A stretch of 64,000 nucleotides of DNA from a bacterium (GTDB taxonomy: Bacteria; Bdellovibrionota; UBA1018): contig JAIEMT010000001.1 of the NCBI GenBank assembly GCA_019751945.1, positions 6,635-70,634 on the forward strand. Direction: 5' to 3'. A program made the translations under genes and the position numbers. The notes under the pieces are model-generated. The model saw nothing but the letters and a program-made list of their open reading frames with translations, was not told where the DNA came from and did not search any database. This document shows, in pieces, positions 9,793-19,178 of the stretch. How positions within the stretch are numbered: position 1 is the stretch's first letter; each line of letters begins with the position of its first letter.

Positions 9793-10622
9793 GTTCCGAA
9801 GGCTGGTCTGTAGAGCAGATCAATACGATTCTGCAATCGACCCACTATCGGGAACTGCTTCGAGTGGCGTTGAATGAGAGGGCGCGCACTGGTCGGGCCC
9901 TCTCTTTTGCAGAGTTGAGTCGACGAGGAGGATTCCGTTCTCGGAGCTTTCCGCGAGATGTCTTGGGGAGTACGCGAGGCCTGACTCGAGAATCCGCCCG
10001 TCGTTTCGCGAAAGCATTCGGCTTTCCCTCTGTAGTTTCGACCTATCTCTATGCCCTGGTGGACTTGGATCGGGAACAGGAAAGCCTGGAGCTTCGAAAA
10101 AAGGCGCAGGTTCTTCAGGCCCGAGCGATTCGGAAAATCAGGGCTCGTACAGAAAATGCTCCTAAAAACGCTTTTGTGTTGCCCGAATTTAGCAAGGTGT
10201 ACGCGGCTTTGGGGTCTCCTACGCGGGGCGCTACTCTCGAGGAAATCGAAAAAAGAACGAAGCTTTCTCGAAAAGAACTGCTGAGGACGCTGGAAGCCTT
10301 GATAGAGAGTCAGTTGGTGGTGGAGGAAGAAGGGCGTTGGAAGGCCAAGCAGAACATCCTGCTTTTCGACAACCTTTCTAAACATGAATTTTTTCAGAAA
10401 GTTTTTCTACGAAGATTAAAGAATGCCCAGGTTTTGGCTCAAACCCAATTCCAAAGGGACGATGCGCTTTTTTGGGAGAGCACTTTTTCTATTTCATCGA
10501 AACGGTTGCCCGAACTCCGAGTTCGCCTGCGTGAGGTTCTGGGTCGATTTATAGAAGAGGCTGAAGAGTTCGAGGGAGATCAAATCTCTTCGGTAGCCGT
10601 TTCTTTTTTTCCGTTAGATTGA
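9789..10622 (+). CDS. TIGR02147/DUF4423 family HTH protein
   Basis: YRELL..SFAELSRRGGFRSRSF..R.LT..FAKAFG..YL..LV N-terminal pattern; central wHTH; C-terminal FFPL. Confidence 0.75.
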   Translation: MSSEGWSVEQINTILQSTHYRELLRVALNERARTGRALSFAELSRRGGFRSRSFPRDVLGSTRGLTRESARRFAKAFGFPSVVSTYLYALVDLDREQESLELRKKAQVLQARAIRKIRARTENAPKNAFVLPEFSKVYAALGSPTRGATLEEIEKRTKLSRKELLRTLEALIESQLVVEEEGRWKAKQNILLFDNLSKHEFFQKVFLRRLKNAQVLAQTQFQRDDALFWESTFSISSKRLPELRVRLREVLGRFIEEAEEFEGDQISSVAVSFFPLD

Positions 10623-10867
10623 CTGTGTTATCCCGACAATGAAGTCGGCATTCGGATGACGAACCAAGATCGCGACTCCTCGATTAGCACTTCTATTCGA
10701 ATCGGAAACCGAATCGATTACGGATTTGAAGCCATCGAGGCTCTGGGGAATGAAAAAGGTGGATCCATTGCAGTTCGGTACTGGATGCCCAACCTAGATC
10801 AAGCCATTTCCGAGTGCACAAAGGACTTTTTTAAAAACCTCTAGGGTTTTAAGAAAATAATTTTGCG

Positions 10868-12367
10868 CTAAAGAGTCGGCTCAGCACGTAAGGCCTTTTT
10901 CAGGACCTTTCCGCTATCGCCTTTAGGCAGGGTTGCCAGAAATTCGAAATACTTGGGCACCTTATAACGTGCCAGGTTCTGCTGGCAGTAGCTCAAGAGT
11001 TCCGTTTCAGAAACGGCTGCGCCTTTTTCTAGCGTTACAAAGGCCTTTCCGACTTCTCCCCAACGTGCGTCGGGGACGCCAATCACTGCGGCTTCGTGAA
11101 CTTGGGGGTGGCTGGTCAGGACCTGTTCAATTTCGGCGGGGTACACATTCTCGGCTCCGCTGATGAACATGTCCTTCTTCCGACCCACGACGTAGAAATA
11201 GCCTTCGGCGTCTCGACGGACGAGGTCTCCGGTGAAAAGCCAACCGTCGCGAATCGTTTCCTGAGTGGCGTCGGGTCTGCCGTAGTAACCCAGAGTCGCG
11301 GTGGGTCCTTTGAGTGCGAGCTCGCCGACGGTGTCGTCGCCGGGAGGAACGACTTTTCCTGTGTCGTCGATGATCTGTGCTTCGATGTAAAAATTTGGAA
11401 ATCCAATCGAACCGATTTTTCGAACGGAGTCGTCTTCGTTTAACGAAAATACGTTGGGACCAAATTCGGTCAGCCCGTACCCTTGGCGAATGGGGATTCC
11501 TTTTTCTTGCCAGGTTCGAATCAGTTCGAGGGACATCGGTTCTCCGCCCACGATGGCGTAGCGAACGGACTTGAGCTGAGCTCCGAAGAAGTAAGGGGAG
11601 CGGGCGAGCATGTCCATCATTGTGGGTACTCCAAAGAGGATGGTCAGAGACTCGGAGTCCGCCAGTTGCAAAATCTGATCAGCGTCGAACTTCTTCATTA
11701 AAATGACCGTCGCTCCGCGATGGAAGCAGGGCGTGTTCAATACGTTCCAGCCCCCGGTGTGGAAAAGCGGCAAGAAGGCGAGGACTCTTTCATTTTGAGT
11801 GAGGTTGAGACGCAGACCGGTGTTGATCGAATTCCAGTAAAGCATCCCGTGGTGAATCAAGGCGCCCTTAGGATGTCCGGTGGTTCCCGAGGTGTAGAGA
11901 ATCATGCACACGGTATCGGGAGTGGCTTGAATCGGAATTTCCTGCGCATCGGCTGGAGCTGAGGGAGCGTCGTCTAATTTCCTGCGAAGTTCCTCAAAGT
12001 TTTCCGTTTTCATTTCGATCGAACCCACGACCGATCGAAACTGCTTCTGACATAAAATGAGTTTGGGCTGGCAGTCGCTCAAGATAAACTCGACCTCTCT
12101 CGAGGTCAGGCGGTAATTAATGGGAACCAGAATGGCGTTGAGTCGCTGTAACGCGAAGAAAAGAAAAAAATACTCGAGCTCGTTTCCTGCCAGCACGGCC
12201 ACCCGGTCGCCCGCGCCGACTTGATGAGTGTCTCGAAGCCAAGCAGCGAGTCGGACGGAGCCTCGATAAAATTCGAGGTAGCTTACTTCGCGGCCAGTCT
12301 CTGCATCCTTCAGCGCTGTGTGAGAGGGGGAGTAGAGACTCCATTTCTTCAGCCAGTCCAGTTCCAT
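10868..12367 (-). CDS. Acyl-CoA synthetase (AMP-forming, FadD/MenE-like)
   Basis: YTSGTTGHPKG, QGYGLTE, GWLFTGD, GRKKDMFISGAENVYP, LPKGDSGK. Confidence 0.92.
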   Translation of the reverse strand: MELDWLKKWSLYSPSHTALKDAETGREVSYLEFYRGSVRLAAWLRDTHQVGAGDRVAVLAGNELEYFFLFFALQRLNAILVPINYRLTSREVEFILSDCQPKLILCQKQFRSVVGSIEMKTENFEELRRKLDDAPSAPADAQEIPIQATPDTVCMILYTSGTTGHPKGALIHHGMLYWNSINTGLRLNLTQNERVLAFLPLFHTGGWNVLNTPCFHRGATVILMKKFDADQILQLADSESLTILFGVPTMMDMLARSPYFFGAQLKSVRYAIVGGEPMSLELIRTWQEKGIPIRQGYGLTEFGPNVFSLNEDDSVRKIGSIGFPNFYIEAQIIDDTGKVVPPGDDTVGELALKGPTATLGYYGRPDATQETIRDGWLFTGDLVRRDAEGYFYVVGRKKDMFISGAENVYPAEIEQVLTSHPQVHEAAVIGVPDARWGEVGKAFVTLEKGAAVSETELLSYCQQNLARYKVPKYFEFLATLPKGDSGKVLKKALRAEPTL

Positions 12368-12370
12368 GAA

Positions 12371-13378
12371 TTAAACTCCCCAACGAATGGCTGCGGATGC
12401 CATCGAGAGGCCTCCGCCAGATCCCACCAGCATAATGAGGTCGCCGTCCTTCAGAAGATTTTTCGATGCAGCGTCGGCGATGGCCATGGGGATGCTGGCG
12501 CTCCCGGTATATCCGAAGCGATCCATGATGTTGTGAGATTTCGCCCGATCGACGCCAAGTTTGTCCAGCGTCTCGTGAATACTTTGAATATTGATTTGCG
12601 TTAAGAAATAGCGCGAAACATCCGAGATCTGAGAAGCCGTTCGGTCGAGCAAGATGTGGATTAAGCGCGGCCAATGAGTGCCGTTGGTTTCGATGGGAAT
12701 CTTCTTTGCGAAATTGAGGAGGTGCCCTTTTTCTTGCAGGACTTTCTCGCTCAGGGGATTGGCAGTTCCCCCCGCGTAGAGGCCCATGTAGTCGTGATAT
12801 TGGCCATCCGTGTAGAGCTGGGAAGCCAAGATGCCTCGATCCTTCTTCTGCGATCCTTGTAGGATCACCGCGCCGGCCCCGTCTGCGAAGAGGGAAGCAA
12901 TCTTGTAATCGTCCCAGTTTAAAAACTTGGTCATGCCATAGGCGCCCACCACTAAAATGTTTCTATAATGAGAGTCGGTCTGAATGTATTTGCTCCCGAC
13001 ATCGAGGGCAGTCACAAATCCCGCGCAAGCGCTGTTCAGGTCGAAAGTTCCGCTACGGGTTGCACCCAGCTTGTGTTGAACCACAGCTGCTGTCGAGGGT
13101 GAAAGATAGTCCGGGGTGTCGGTTGCCACGATGATGAGGTCGAGATCGGTAGCACTGATCCCCGCAGCCCGCATGGCGTCTTTTGCGGCGGGAACGATGA
13201 GGTCGGAAGTCACTTGGTTCTCAGCCATGTAGCGACGTTCGAAAATATTTCGCTTCTCTCTCAAGAAGGTGTCGATATCGATTCCATAGCGATTATTGAA
13301 ATAATCGTTCCGTACGACCTTCTCGGGTGCGTACATTCCTGTGCCTGCAATGACTGCTCGCGTTGGTGAATGGGTCAT
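12371..13378 (-). CDS. FabH/KAS III-like protein with non-canonical catalytic residues
   Basis: FDLNSACAGF, LFADGAGA; TQIN at the HQAN site; GYTGSAS at the GNTS site. Confidence 0.85.
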   Translation of the reverse strand: MTHSPTRAVIAGTGMYAPEKVVRNDYFNNRYGIDIDTFLREKRNIFERRYMAENQVTSDLIVPAAKDAMRAAGISATDLDLIIVATDTPDYLSPSTAAVVQHKLGATRSGTFDLNSACAGFVTALDVGSKYIQTDSHYRNILVVGAYGMTKFLNWDDYKIASLFADGAGAVILQGSQKKDRGILASQLYTDGQYHDYMGLYAGGTANPLSEKVLQEKGHLLNFAKKIPIETNGTHWPRLIHILLDRTASQISDVSRYFLTQINIQSIHETLDKLGVDRAKSHNIMDRFGYTGSASIPMAIADAASKNLLKDGDLIMLVGSGGGLSMASAAIRWGV

Positions 13379-13505
13379 AGTAATTGTGGATATCCCCCTG
13401 GTTTTTTTGATCTGAGATGGGCGAGATGTCAAGCGGCTTGACAGGGAAGTATGTGGGGGCTAGCTTTGCTCGCACATCAACAACATCTTCGGATCGGGGG
13501 ATCCC

Positions 13506-14267
13506 ATGAGCCAGCTCCGTTTTGATTTCTCAACACGTACCGCAGTCATTACAGGAGGGGCGCAGGGAATTGGTTTTCAAATCGCTAAAAGTTTCTTAGA
13601 TGCGGGCGCTCGCGTTTCCATTTGGGATTATTCTCCGGGCGCGCTCGACGTTTGTCGGTCCGAGCTGTCCTCGTACGGAGATCGAGTGCATTACGCAGCC
13701 GTGGATGTTTCGAAGTTCGACGCCTGCCAAGTGGCTTCTGCTCAGCTTCCGTTCAAGGTCGATGTTCTCGTCAATAACGCGGGCATTACGAAGGATAAGA
13801 CCTTGGCAAAAATGTCTGTCGAGGATTTTGAAGCGGTCATTGGCGTGAACCTCACTGGACTTTTTAATGTGACTCGATCGCTTCTCGAGAAGTTTAACGA
13901 CGGGACGGAGACTCAGCCGAAGCAGCGCCGCATTATTAATATCTCGAGCATCGTGGGGCTCTACGGGAATTTCGGCCAGACCAATTATGCGGCTGCTAAA
14001 TCAGGAGTGATTGGCATGACCAAGACTTGGGCACGCGAACTGGGCCGCAAGGGTTTTACGGTGAATGCAATCGCACCCGGATTCATTCAGACGGCCATGA
14101 CCGCCAAAATGCCGAAAGAAGTTTTAGATGAAATGCTGTCTAAAATTCAGGTGGGGCGTTTGGGAAATCCCGAAGAGATTGCCAGCACCTGTTTGTTTCT
14201 TTCCTCTCAACAGGCTGCCTTCATTAATGGTGCCGTGATTAGTGTGGATGGAGGCATGCTGTGCTAA
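13506..14267 (+). CDS. SDR oxidoreductase (FabG/PhaB-like 3-oxoacyl reductase)
   Basis: TGGAQGIG, NNAGITKD, GNFGQTNYAAAK. Confidence 0.9.
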   Translation: MSQLRFDFSTRTAVITGGAQGIGFQIAKSFLDAGARVSIWDYSPGALDVCRSELSSYGDRVHYAAVDVSKFDACQVASAQLPFKVDVLVNNAGITKDKTLAKMSVEDFEAVIGVNLTGLFNVTRSLLEKFNDGTETQPKQRRIINISSIVGLYGNFGQTNYAAAKSGVIGMTKTWARELGRKGFTVNAIAPGFIQTAMTAKMPKEVLDEMLSKIQVGRLGNPEEIASTCLFLSSQQAAFINGAVISVDGGMLC

Positions 14268-15271
14268 AAAAAATTCTTTGTCTGACGCTGTCATTGACGT
14301 GGGCGTCCGTAGCTGCGGCCGGTGTTTCTCAATCAGGTTTTAAAAAACTCCCCAACGGTCACGAAATCAATATTGAGTACACCCCAGCTCAGCCGGGGAA
14401 GCCGACTCTCGTGATCTTGAATGGCCTGACTTACAAATTGGAGAGTTGGAATTTCATGATGCCCACCCTGGAGTCACAGGGGAATGGAATCTTACGATTG
14501 GACCCCATGGGCCAGGGCCAGACGCTTCTGAAGTACGCTCCAATCGACTTTAAGATTTCAATTGAAACTCAGGCAGATGATTTGGCTTTTTTACTGAAAT
14601 TATTGGGGATCAAACAGCCAGTGCACCTTCTCGGCCTTTCTTACGGAGGCGGCTGGGCGATGGTCTTTGCCAATCGCTACCCCGCTCAAGTCGCAAGTCT
14701 GATTTTGATGGCCCCTTTTGTAGGACCCCTTCCCGGTCAGGATACGCAGATTCGGTCTTCGATTGCCTTTGTTCGGGCTCAGGGGTACCTGAATCCGCTC
14801 AATGCGCTGACGGATGACGAACTCTACGACTATTTCTTGAAACAGAATGTTTACACCACGTATCCGCTGTACGAACCGATCGTGTTAGAAAATCCCTTCA
14901 AGCTCGAGGCCACCTTCCGTCTTGTTCAGGGAATTCGGAAAGTGGAAGTTCAGAAGTATATGAAGAATTTCCCGGACAAAGCGGTGCATTTGATCGACGC
15001 CGGATTGGATCAATATATTCCGCGTTCGATGATGGACCAGTTTTGGAACGACCTTCCCGTTTCCAAAAAGGCCAGCCGAATGAATTTGAATTTTTCGGAA
15101 CATAAAATTCCGGAATCGAAACCGGTTTTTGCTGCCACTTGGGTGAACCTTATTTTGGCGGGCGATTCGCGCATCAGCGGCGGAAAAACTTTTGAGGGTT
15201 ATCCCAACCTGGGGCTGGCAGATTCTGGCTCTGAGAAAATTGATCTCCCCATCGACCTTTGGCCCTTCTAA
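14261..15271 (+). CDS. Secreted alpha/beta hydrolase
   Basis: Signal peptide; LNGL oxyanion loop, GLSYGG nucleophile elbow, SEH. Confidence 0.85.
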   Translation: MLKKILCLTLSLTWASVAAAGVSQSGFKKLPNGHEINIEYTPAQPGKPTLVILNGLTYKLESWNFMMPTLESQGNGILRLDPMGQGQTLLKYAPIDFKISIETQADDLAFLLKLLGIKQPVHLLGLSYGGGWAMVFANRYPAQVASLILMAPFVGPLPGQDTQIRSSIAFVRAQGYLNPLNALTDDELYDYFLKQNVYTTYPLYEPIVLENPFKLEATFRLVQGIRKVEVQKYMKNFPDKAVHLIDAGLDQYIPRSMMDQFWNDLPVSKKASRMNLNFSEHKIPESKPVFAATWVNLILAGDSRISGGKTFEGYPNLGLADSGSEKIDLPIDLWPF

Positions 15272-15276
15272 AATCT

Positions 15277-16080
15277 ATGCCTTTTTTCGAAACTTCTGAA
15301 TTGAGACTGCATTACGAACAGGTTCCAAACCTGCTCCCTCGACCCACTCTTTTTTTACATGGGAATCTGGCCTCCAATGTTTGGTGGGAACCTTCCGTCG
15401 AAATCTGGAGTCGCCAAGCGAAGTCCTTCTCGCCGGGTCAGTCCGCTTACTTAGCGGAGTGGCGTGGCTGCGGGAAGTCTTCAGGACCGGCTTCTGAGGC
15501 TGATTTAGCGATGCCGAATTTGGCAAACGATGTCGTTCAGTTGGTGAAGAAATTGAATGTGGGTCCGATGCACGTCGTGGGACATTCCACGGGTGGACTC
15601 ATTGCTTTGTTGGCCATGTCGCAAGCTCCGGAACTTTTTAGTCGTGCTGTCTTGTTGGATCCGGTTTCTCCCAAGGGGGTGACCCTCGACCCCGCCATTC
15701 TCGGAGCGTTTGATGAAATGGCAAAGAATCGGGATCTCACCGCGACGGTTCTGGGTGGAACCATTCGGGGGAATCAAGCTGCCTCTCCCCTTTTTCAGCG
15801 AATCGTGGACAGTGCCTGCGGTGTTCATCCCTTTATTTGGAAGGGAATTCCAAAAGCTCTCAACGGAATTGACTTCACTCGAGAAGTTTCGAAGGTTCGA
15901 CATCCGACGCTGGTGATGCACGGGCAGTACGACACAGTTTTGCCTCTAGATGCATCCCAGGAATTAGCGAAACTTCTGCCCGAAGGGCGATTCGAAATGC
16001 TTCGCGATCAAGGACATTCTTGCAATGTTGAAAACCCTGAGCTCTTCGTTCAGGGCGTCAATCGGTTTCTGTTCGGCTGA
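15277..16080 (+). CDS. Cytoplasmic alpha/beta hydrolase
   Basis: LHGNLAS, GHSTGG, GQYD, GHS. Confidence 0.88.
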   Translation: MPFFETSELRLHYEQVPNLLPRPTLFLHGNLASNVWWEPSVEIWSRQAKSFSPGQSAYLAEWRGCGKSSGPASEADLAMPNLANDVVQLVKKLNVGPMHVVGHSTGGLIALLAMSQAPELFSRAVLLDPVSPKGVTLDPAILGAFDEMAKNRDLTATVLGGTIRGNQAASPLFQRIVDSACGVHPFIWKGIPKALNGIDFTREVSKVRHPTLVMHGQYDTVLPLDASQELAKLLPEGRFEMLRDQGHSCNVENPELFVQGVNRFLFG

Positions 16081-16487
16081 TTCGTATCCAAGCATTGGTA
16101 CACGAACGAATGCAGAGTGAGAGTCCCCTTCATCTGAAAGGGGAGTTGGATTACGGCGTGCTTCCCTTCCAATTGGTCGGTGGTGAAAGTGATCTTCCCC
16201 GCGGTGATGTCGATCGTGCCAGGAACCCAAACCGCGGGAGGCTGCATTCCTCCGACTGTTGCGTTGGAAAAAAGGAGAGCCCCTGGGCCTGAGACTACTG
16301 AAGTGGGGCTCATTCCCGGAGAAAGGGCGACGGACACGGCCGTACTCCAGAAGATTTGAATCTTGGGGGTCAGGTTCGTCGGATCTAGAGAGTAACAGGT
16401 GGCCGCTTCAAAAGAGAGAGGTTCACTGGCTTGAGCGTTTCCGATAGCGAGCGCAAAAACTAGACACGGCAGAGAGAAGATTTTCAT
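16050..16487 (-). CDS. Secreted hypothetical protein
   Basis: Signal peptide (..NAQA), GGGGGG RBS, two mature Cys. Confidence 0.6.
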   Translation of the reverse strand: MKIFSLPCLVFALAIGNAQASEPLSFEAATCYSLDPTNLTPKIQIFWSTAVSVALSPGMSPTSVVSGPGALLFSNATVGGMQPPAVWVPGTIDITAGKITFTTDQLEGKHAVIQLPFQMKGTLTLHSFVYQCLDTNQPNRNRLTP

Positions 16488-16507
16488 CCCCCCTCTATAG
16501 CTTTTCT

Positions 16508-17164
16508 TTACGGTTTTGCGAAAATAATTCCGCGGGATTTCATTTGCGCCATCAACTCCTGCACGGCCTTGCGGCGGTGGGAGATGGCGTTCTTCTCTTG
16601 GTGAGACATCTCAGCCAGAGTTTTGGTCTGCCCCTGTGGAACGAAGATGGGGTCGTATCCAAAGCCTTCGGTACCTCGAGGTGTATCAATGATCGTGCCT
16701 TCGAGAGTGCCAGTGGCGGTGAGGGTAATGCCTTCAATTGAAAGCGCGAGCGTAGTGACGAATCGAGCAGTCTTGGGGCCCGAAGTCTTCTTCAATTCGG
16801 TCAGAAGTTTTTCCATGTTGGCGCGATCTTGTTCCGCGCGAGTCGAGAAGAACTTTCCCGGAGCCGGTTTGGCATAGCGCTGGGAGAACACTCCCGGGGC
16901 CCCTTCTAGGGCTTGAACCTCTAGGCCGGAGTCATCGGCCAGAGCCGGATAATGAGCGCCGTGGTTTGCCAGGCGGGCCTTGGCAGCTGCATTTTCTACA
17001 TAAGTTTTATAGATTTCTACGAACTTCAGTTTTTCGGCGTTTCGGATGTAATCCTGGGGCGCGACGAGCTCCACATCAGGGGCTTCAGTCGAAAGGATTT
17101 CCTTAAATTCCGCAAGCTTGTCTGGGTTCAATGAGGCAAAGATCACAATGTTTGAGCGACGCAT
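16508..17164 (-). CDS. rdgB: Non-canonical purine NTP pyrophosphatase (RdgB/HAM1)
   Basis: ENAAAKA, LADDSGL, PGVFSQRY, GFGYDPIF, KNAISHR. Confidence 0.93.
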   Translation of the reverse strand: MRRSNIVIFASLNPDKLAEFKEILSTEAPDVELVAPQDYIRNAEKLKFVEIYKTYVENAAAKARLANHGAHYPALADDSGLEVQALEGAPGVFSQRYAKPAPGKFFSTRAEQDRANMEKLLTELKKTSGPKTARFVTTLALSIEGITLTATGTLEGTIIDTPRGTEGFGYDPIFVPQGQTKTLAEMSHQEKNAISHRRKAVQELMAQMKSRGIIFAKP

Positions 17165-17232
17165 ATCCTTAAATTCTTACCACAATCGTGGGGGACTTCT
17201 AGGCTGGAAATAGCCGACTAAATCACCCAATA

Positions 17233-18501
17233 ATGCCGGACTTATGCTATGACTGCGTCGTGATTTACTTTCAATCCCTGACGCGCGATGAACTGGCTGA
17301 TTTGCTTCTGCCCTTCAGCGCCCGTCCCCGAGACCGCCACGTCGATGCCGACGGTACCCCGCTCGTCGAGCTGAATGACGCTCCGTCACTTCCGGAGATC
17401 AAGCGCGCCCGCATGCGCGCAAAGCAGATTTATCACTGGGTCTACCAGCGCTTCGTGACGGATTGGGATCAGATGACCGATCTCAACAAAGAGGTGCGCG
17501 GCTGGCTGAAAGAGAACGTCGAGATCTTTCGCCTGAGCGAGCGCCATGCTCAGCAGGCTACGGACGGCACTCATAAGTTTCTTTGGAATCTTCCGGATCA
17601 TAAAACCATCGAAAGCGTGATCATTCCCGCCGCTCTTCAGGAAAAAGACAAGATGGAAAACGACGGCAAGGTGTTTCGCGGTCGTCCTTCTGAAGAGGAG
17701 TTGGATTCGCAACATTGGTCGCGATTGACGGCATGCATTTCGAGCCAAGTGGGCTGCGCGATGGCGTGTAAGTTCTGCCTCACCGGAATTCAGGGTTTAG
17801 ACCGCAGCCTGGCTGTACACGAAATCGTGACTCAGGTTTTTGAACTGCGAAAGCAGGCGCCGATCACGAACATCGTTTTCATGGGAATGGGCGAGCCGCT
17901 TCACAACGTCGACAACGTGATCAAGGCCTGCAAAATCCTGCTCGACGAAGATGGAATGAATTTTTCGAAACGGAAGGTCACCGTGAGCACGAGTGGTCTT
18001 GTTCCCGCGATCGAACAGCTGGGTCAGTCCGTCGATGTTTCTTTAGCGATTTCCTTGAACGCTACGACCGACGAAGTTCGTTCGAAGATCATGCCCGTGA
18101 ATAAGAAGTGGAATATCGAAAAGCTGATGGAGACTTGCCGGAACTATCCGCTCGGCTCGCATCGTCGCATCACTTTCGAGTACGTCTTGTTAAAAGATGT
18201 GAACGACACGATGGAAGACGCGGCCCGCTTGTTGAAGCTCGTGCGGGGCATTCCGAACAAGATCAACTTGATTCCTTTTAACGAACACAGTGGTTCTGAG
18301 TTTCTACGCCCATCGGATGAAACCGTTCGGAAGTTTCAGCGTTACTTGGTGGATCGCGGCTTAACGGCGACAGTGAGAATTTCTCGCGGCCAAGATATTC
18401 TGGCGGCCTGCGGACAGCTGCGCAGTATTTTTGGAACAGCTCGCGGCAGCGATCGTCACAAGGACTGGGCGGGCTTAAAGGGAATGGCCGGCACGTCCTG
18501 A
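17233..18501 (+). CDS. rlmN: 23S rRNA m2A2503/tRNA methyltransferase RlmN
   Basis: CISSQVGCAMACKFC, VFMGMGEP, DILAACGQL; start may be GTG 17260. Confidence 0.93.
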   Translation: MPDLCYDCVVIYFQSLTRDELADLLLPFSARPRDRHVDADGTPLVELNDAPSLPEIKRARMRAKQIYHWVYQRFVTDWDQMTDLNKEVRGWLKENVEIFRLSERHAQQATDGTHKFLWNLPDHKTIESVIIPAALQEKDKMENDGKVFRGRPSEEELDSQHWSRLTACISSQVGCAMACKFCLTGIQGLDRSLAVHEIVTQVFELRKQAPITNIVFMGMGEPLHNVDNVIKACKILLDEDGMNFSKRKVTVSTSGLVPAIEQLGQSVDVSLAISLNATTDEVRSKIMPVNKKWNIEKLMETCRNYPLGSHRRITFEYVLLKDVNDTMEDAARLLKLVRGIPNKINLIPFNEHSGSEFLRPSDETVRKFQRYLVDRGLTATVRISRGQDILAACGQLRSIFGTARGSDRHKDWAGLKGMAGTS

Positions 18502-19178
18502 CAGAGAATCGGAACTCCCTCGGTCTGAAGCTCCACAGCCATTTTGTCGATCTCGTACATTTCTTTTAAATCCTTGATCTGAGCATCCAGAAACATCCAC
18601 GAAACGGTTTTTGCGAGCCACGGGTAAGATTTCTTTTGTTCCGCTTCGGCAGCGTAGATCGGGCCTTGAACGGCGGTCGATCCAATCGATTCTAGAAAAT
18701 GTCGAGTTATGCAAAAGTAAGAGGGAATCTCTTTGAGACGGATAATTTCTAAGAAAGCTTGCTTTTGAAGACCAAAAAAATCCCGCTTCGACGCGAATTC
18801 CTGAAGGCGACTCTGAATGGCTTCAATCTTGGGATAATCGGAAGGAAGCAGCGCTCTCGGGTGGGGCTGAACATAGCTCAAAAAAGCCGGTGCACCTTTG
18901 ACTGAAACCAGCTCCCGACAGAGCATCGGAATTCCCTTCGCTCGAAACGGCGCGGTGATGGGTTCCAGCAAATAGAGTTTCGCGATGGCCCAGTTTTCGT
19001 AGTCAATCAAACGCTTGGTGATGGGTTCCGATCGGCCCTTGGTCACCGTCTTATAAAGGATGTCTCGGGAGTGGTTGAGCTCTTTTCCTTCCTCAACGTG
19101 CGTGCGAATGCAGGGCTCGCTGAGGCAGGCGGAGAGGAGGAAGACTAACAGGAACGCACAGGGAATCTGCTTAATCAT
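18456..19178 (-). CDS. Lipoprotein with internal two-fold repeat
   Basis: Lipobox LSAC; CIRTHVEE..GIPMLC and CITRHFLE..GVPILC. Confidence 0.7.
   Translation of the reverse strand: MIKQIPCAFLLVFLLSACLSEPCIRTHVEEGKELNHSRDILYKTVTKGRSEPITKRLIDYENWAIAKLYLLEPITAPFRAKGIPMLCRELVSVKGAPAFLSYVQPHPRALLPSDYPKIEAIQSRLQEFASKRDFFGLQKQAFLEIIRLKEIPSYFCITRHFLESIGSTAVQGPIYAAEAEQKKSYPWLAKTVSWMFLDAQIKDLKEMYEIDKMAVELQTEGVPILCQDVPAIPFKPAQSL

Noticed and set aside
10656-10844. 62-aa ORF after the TIGR02147 gene
   Set aside because: No RBS or motif; could be a fragment but cannot be supported
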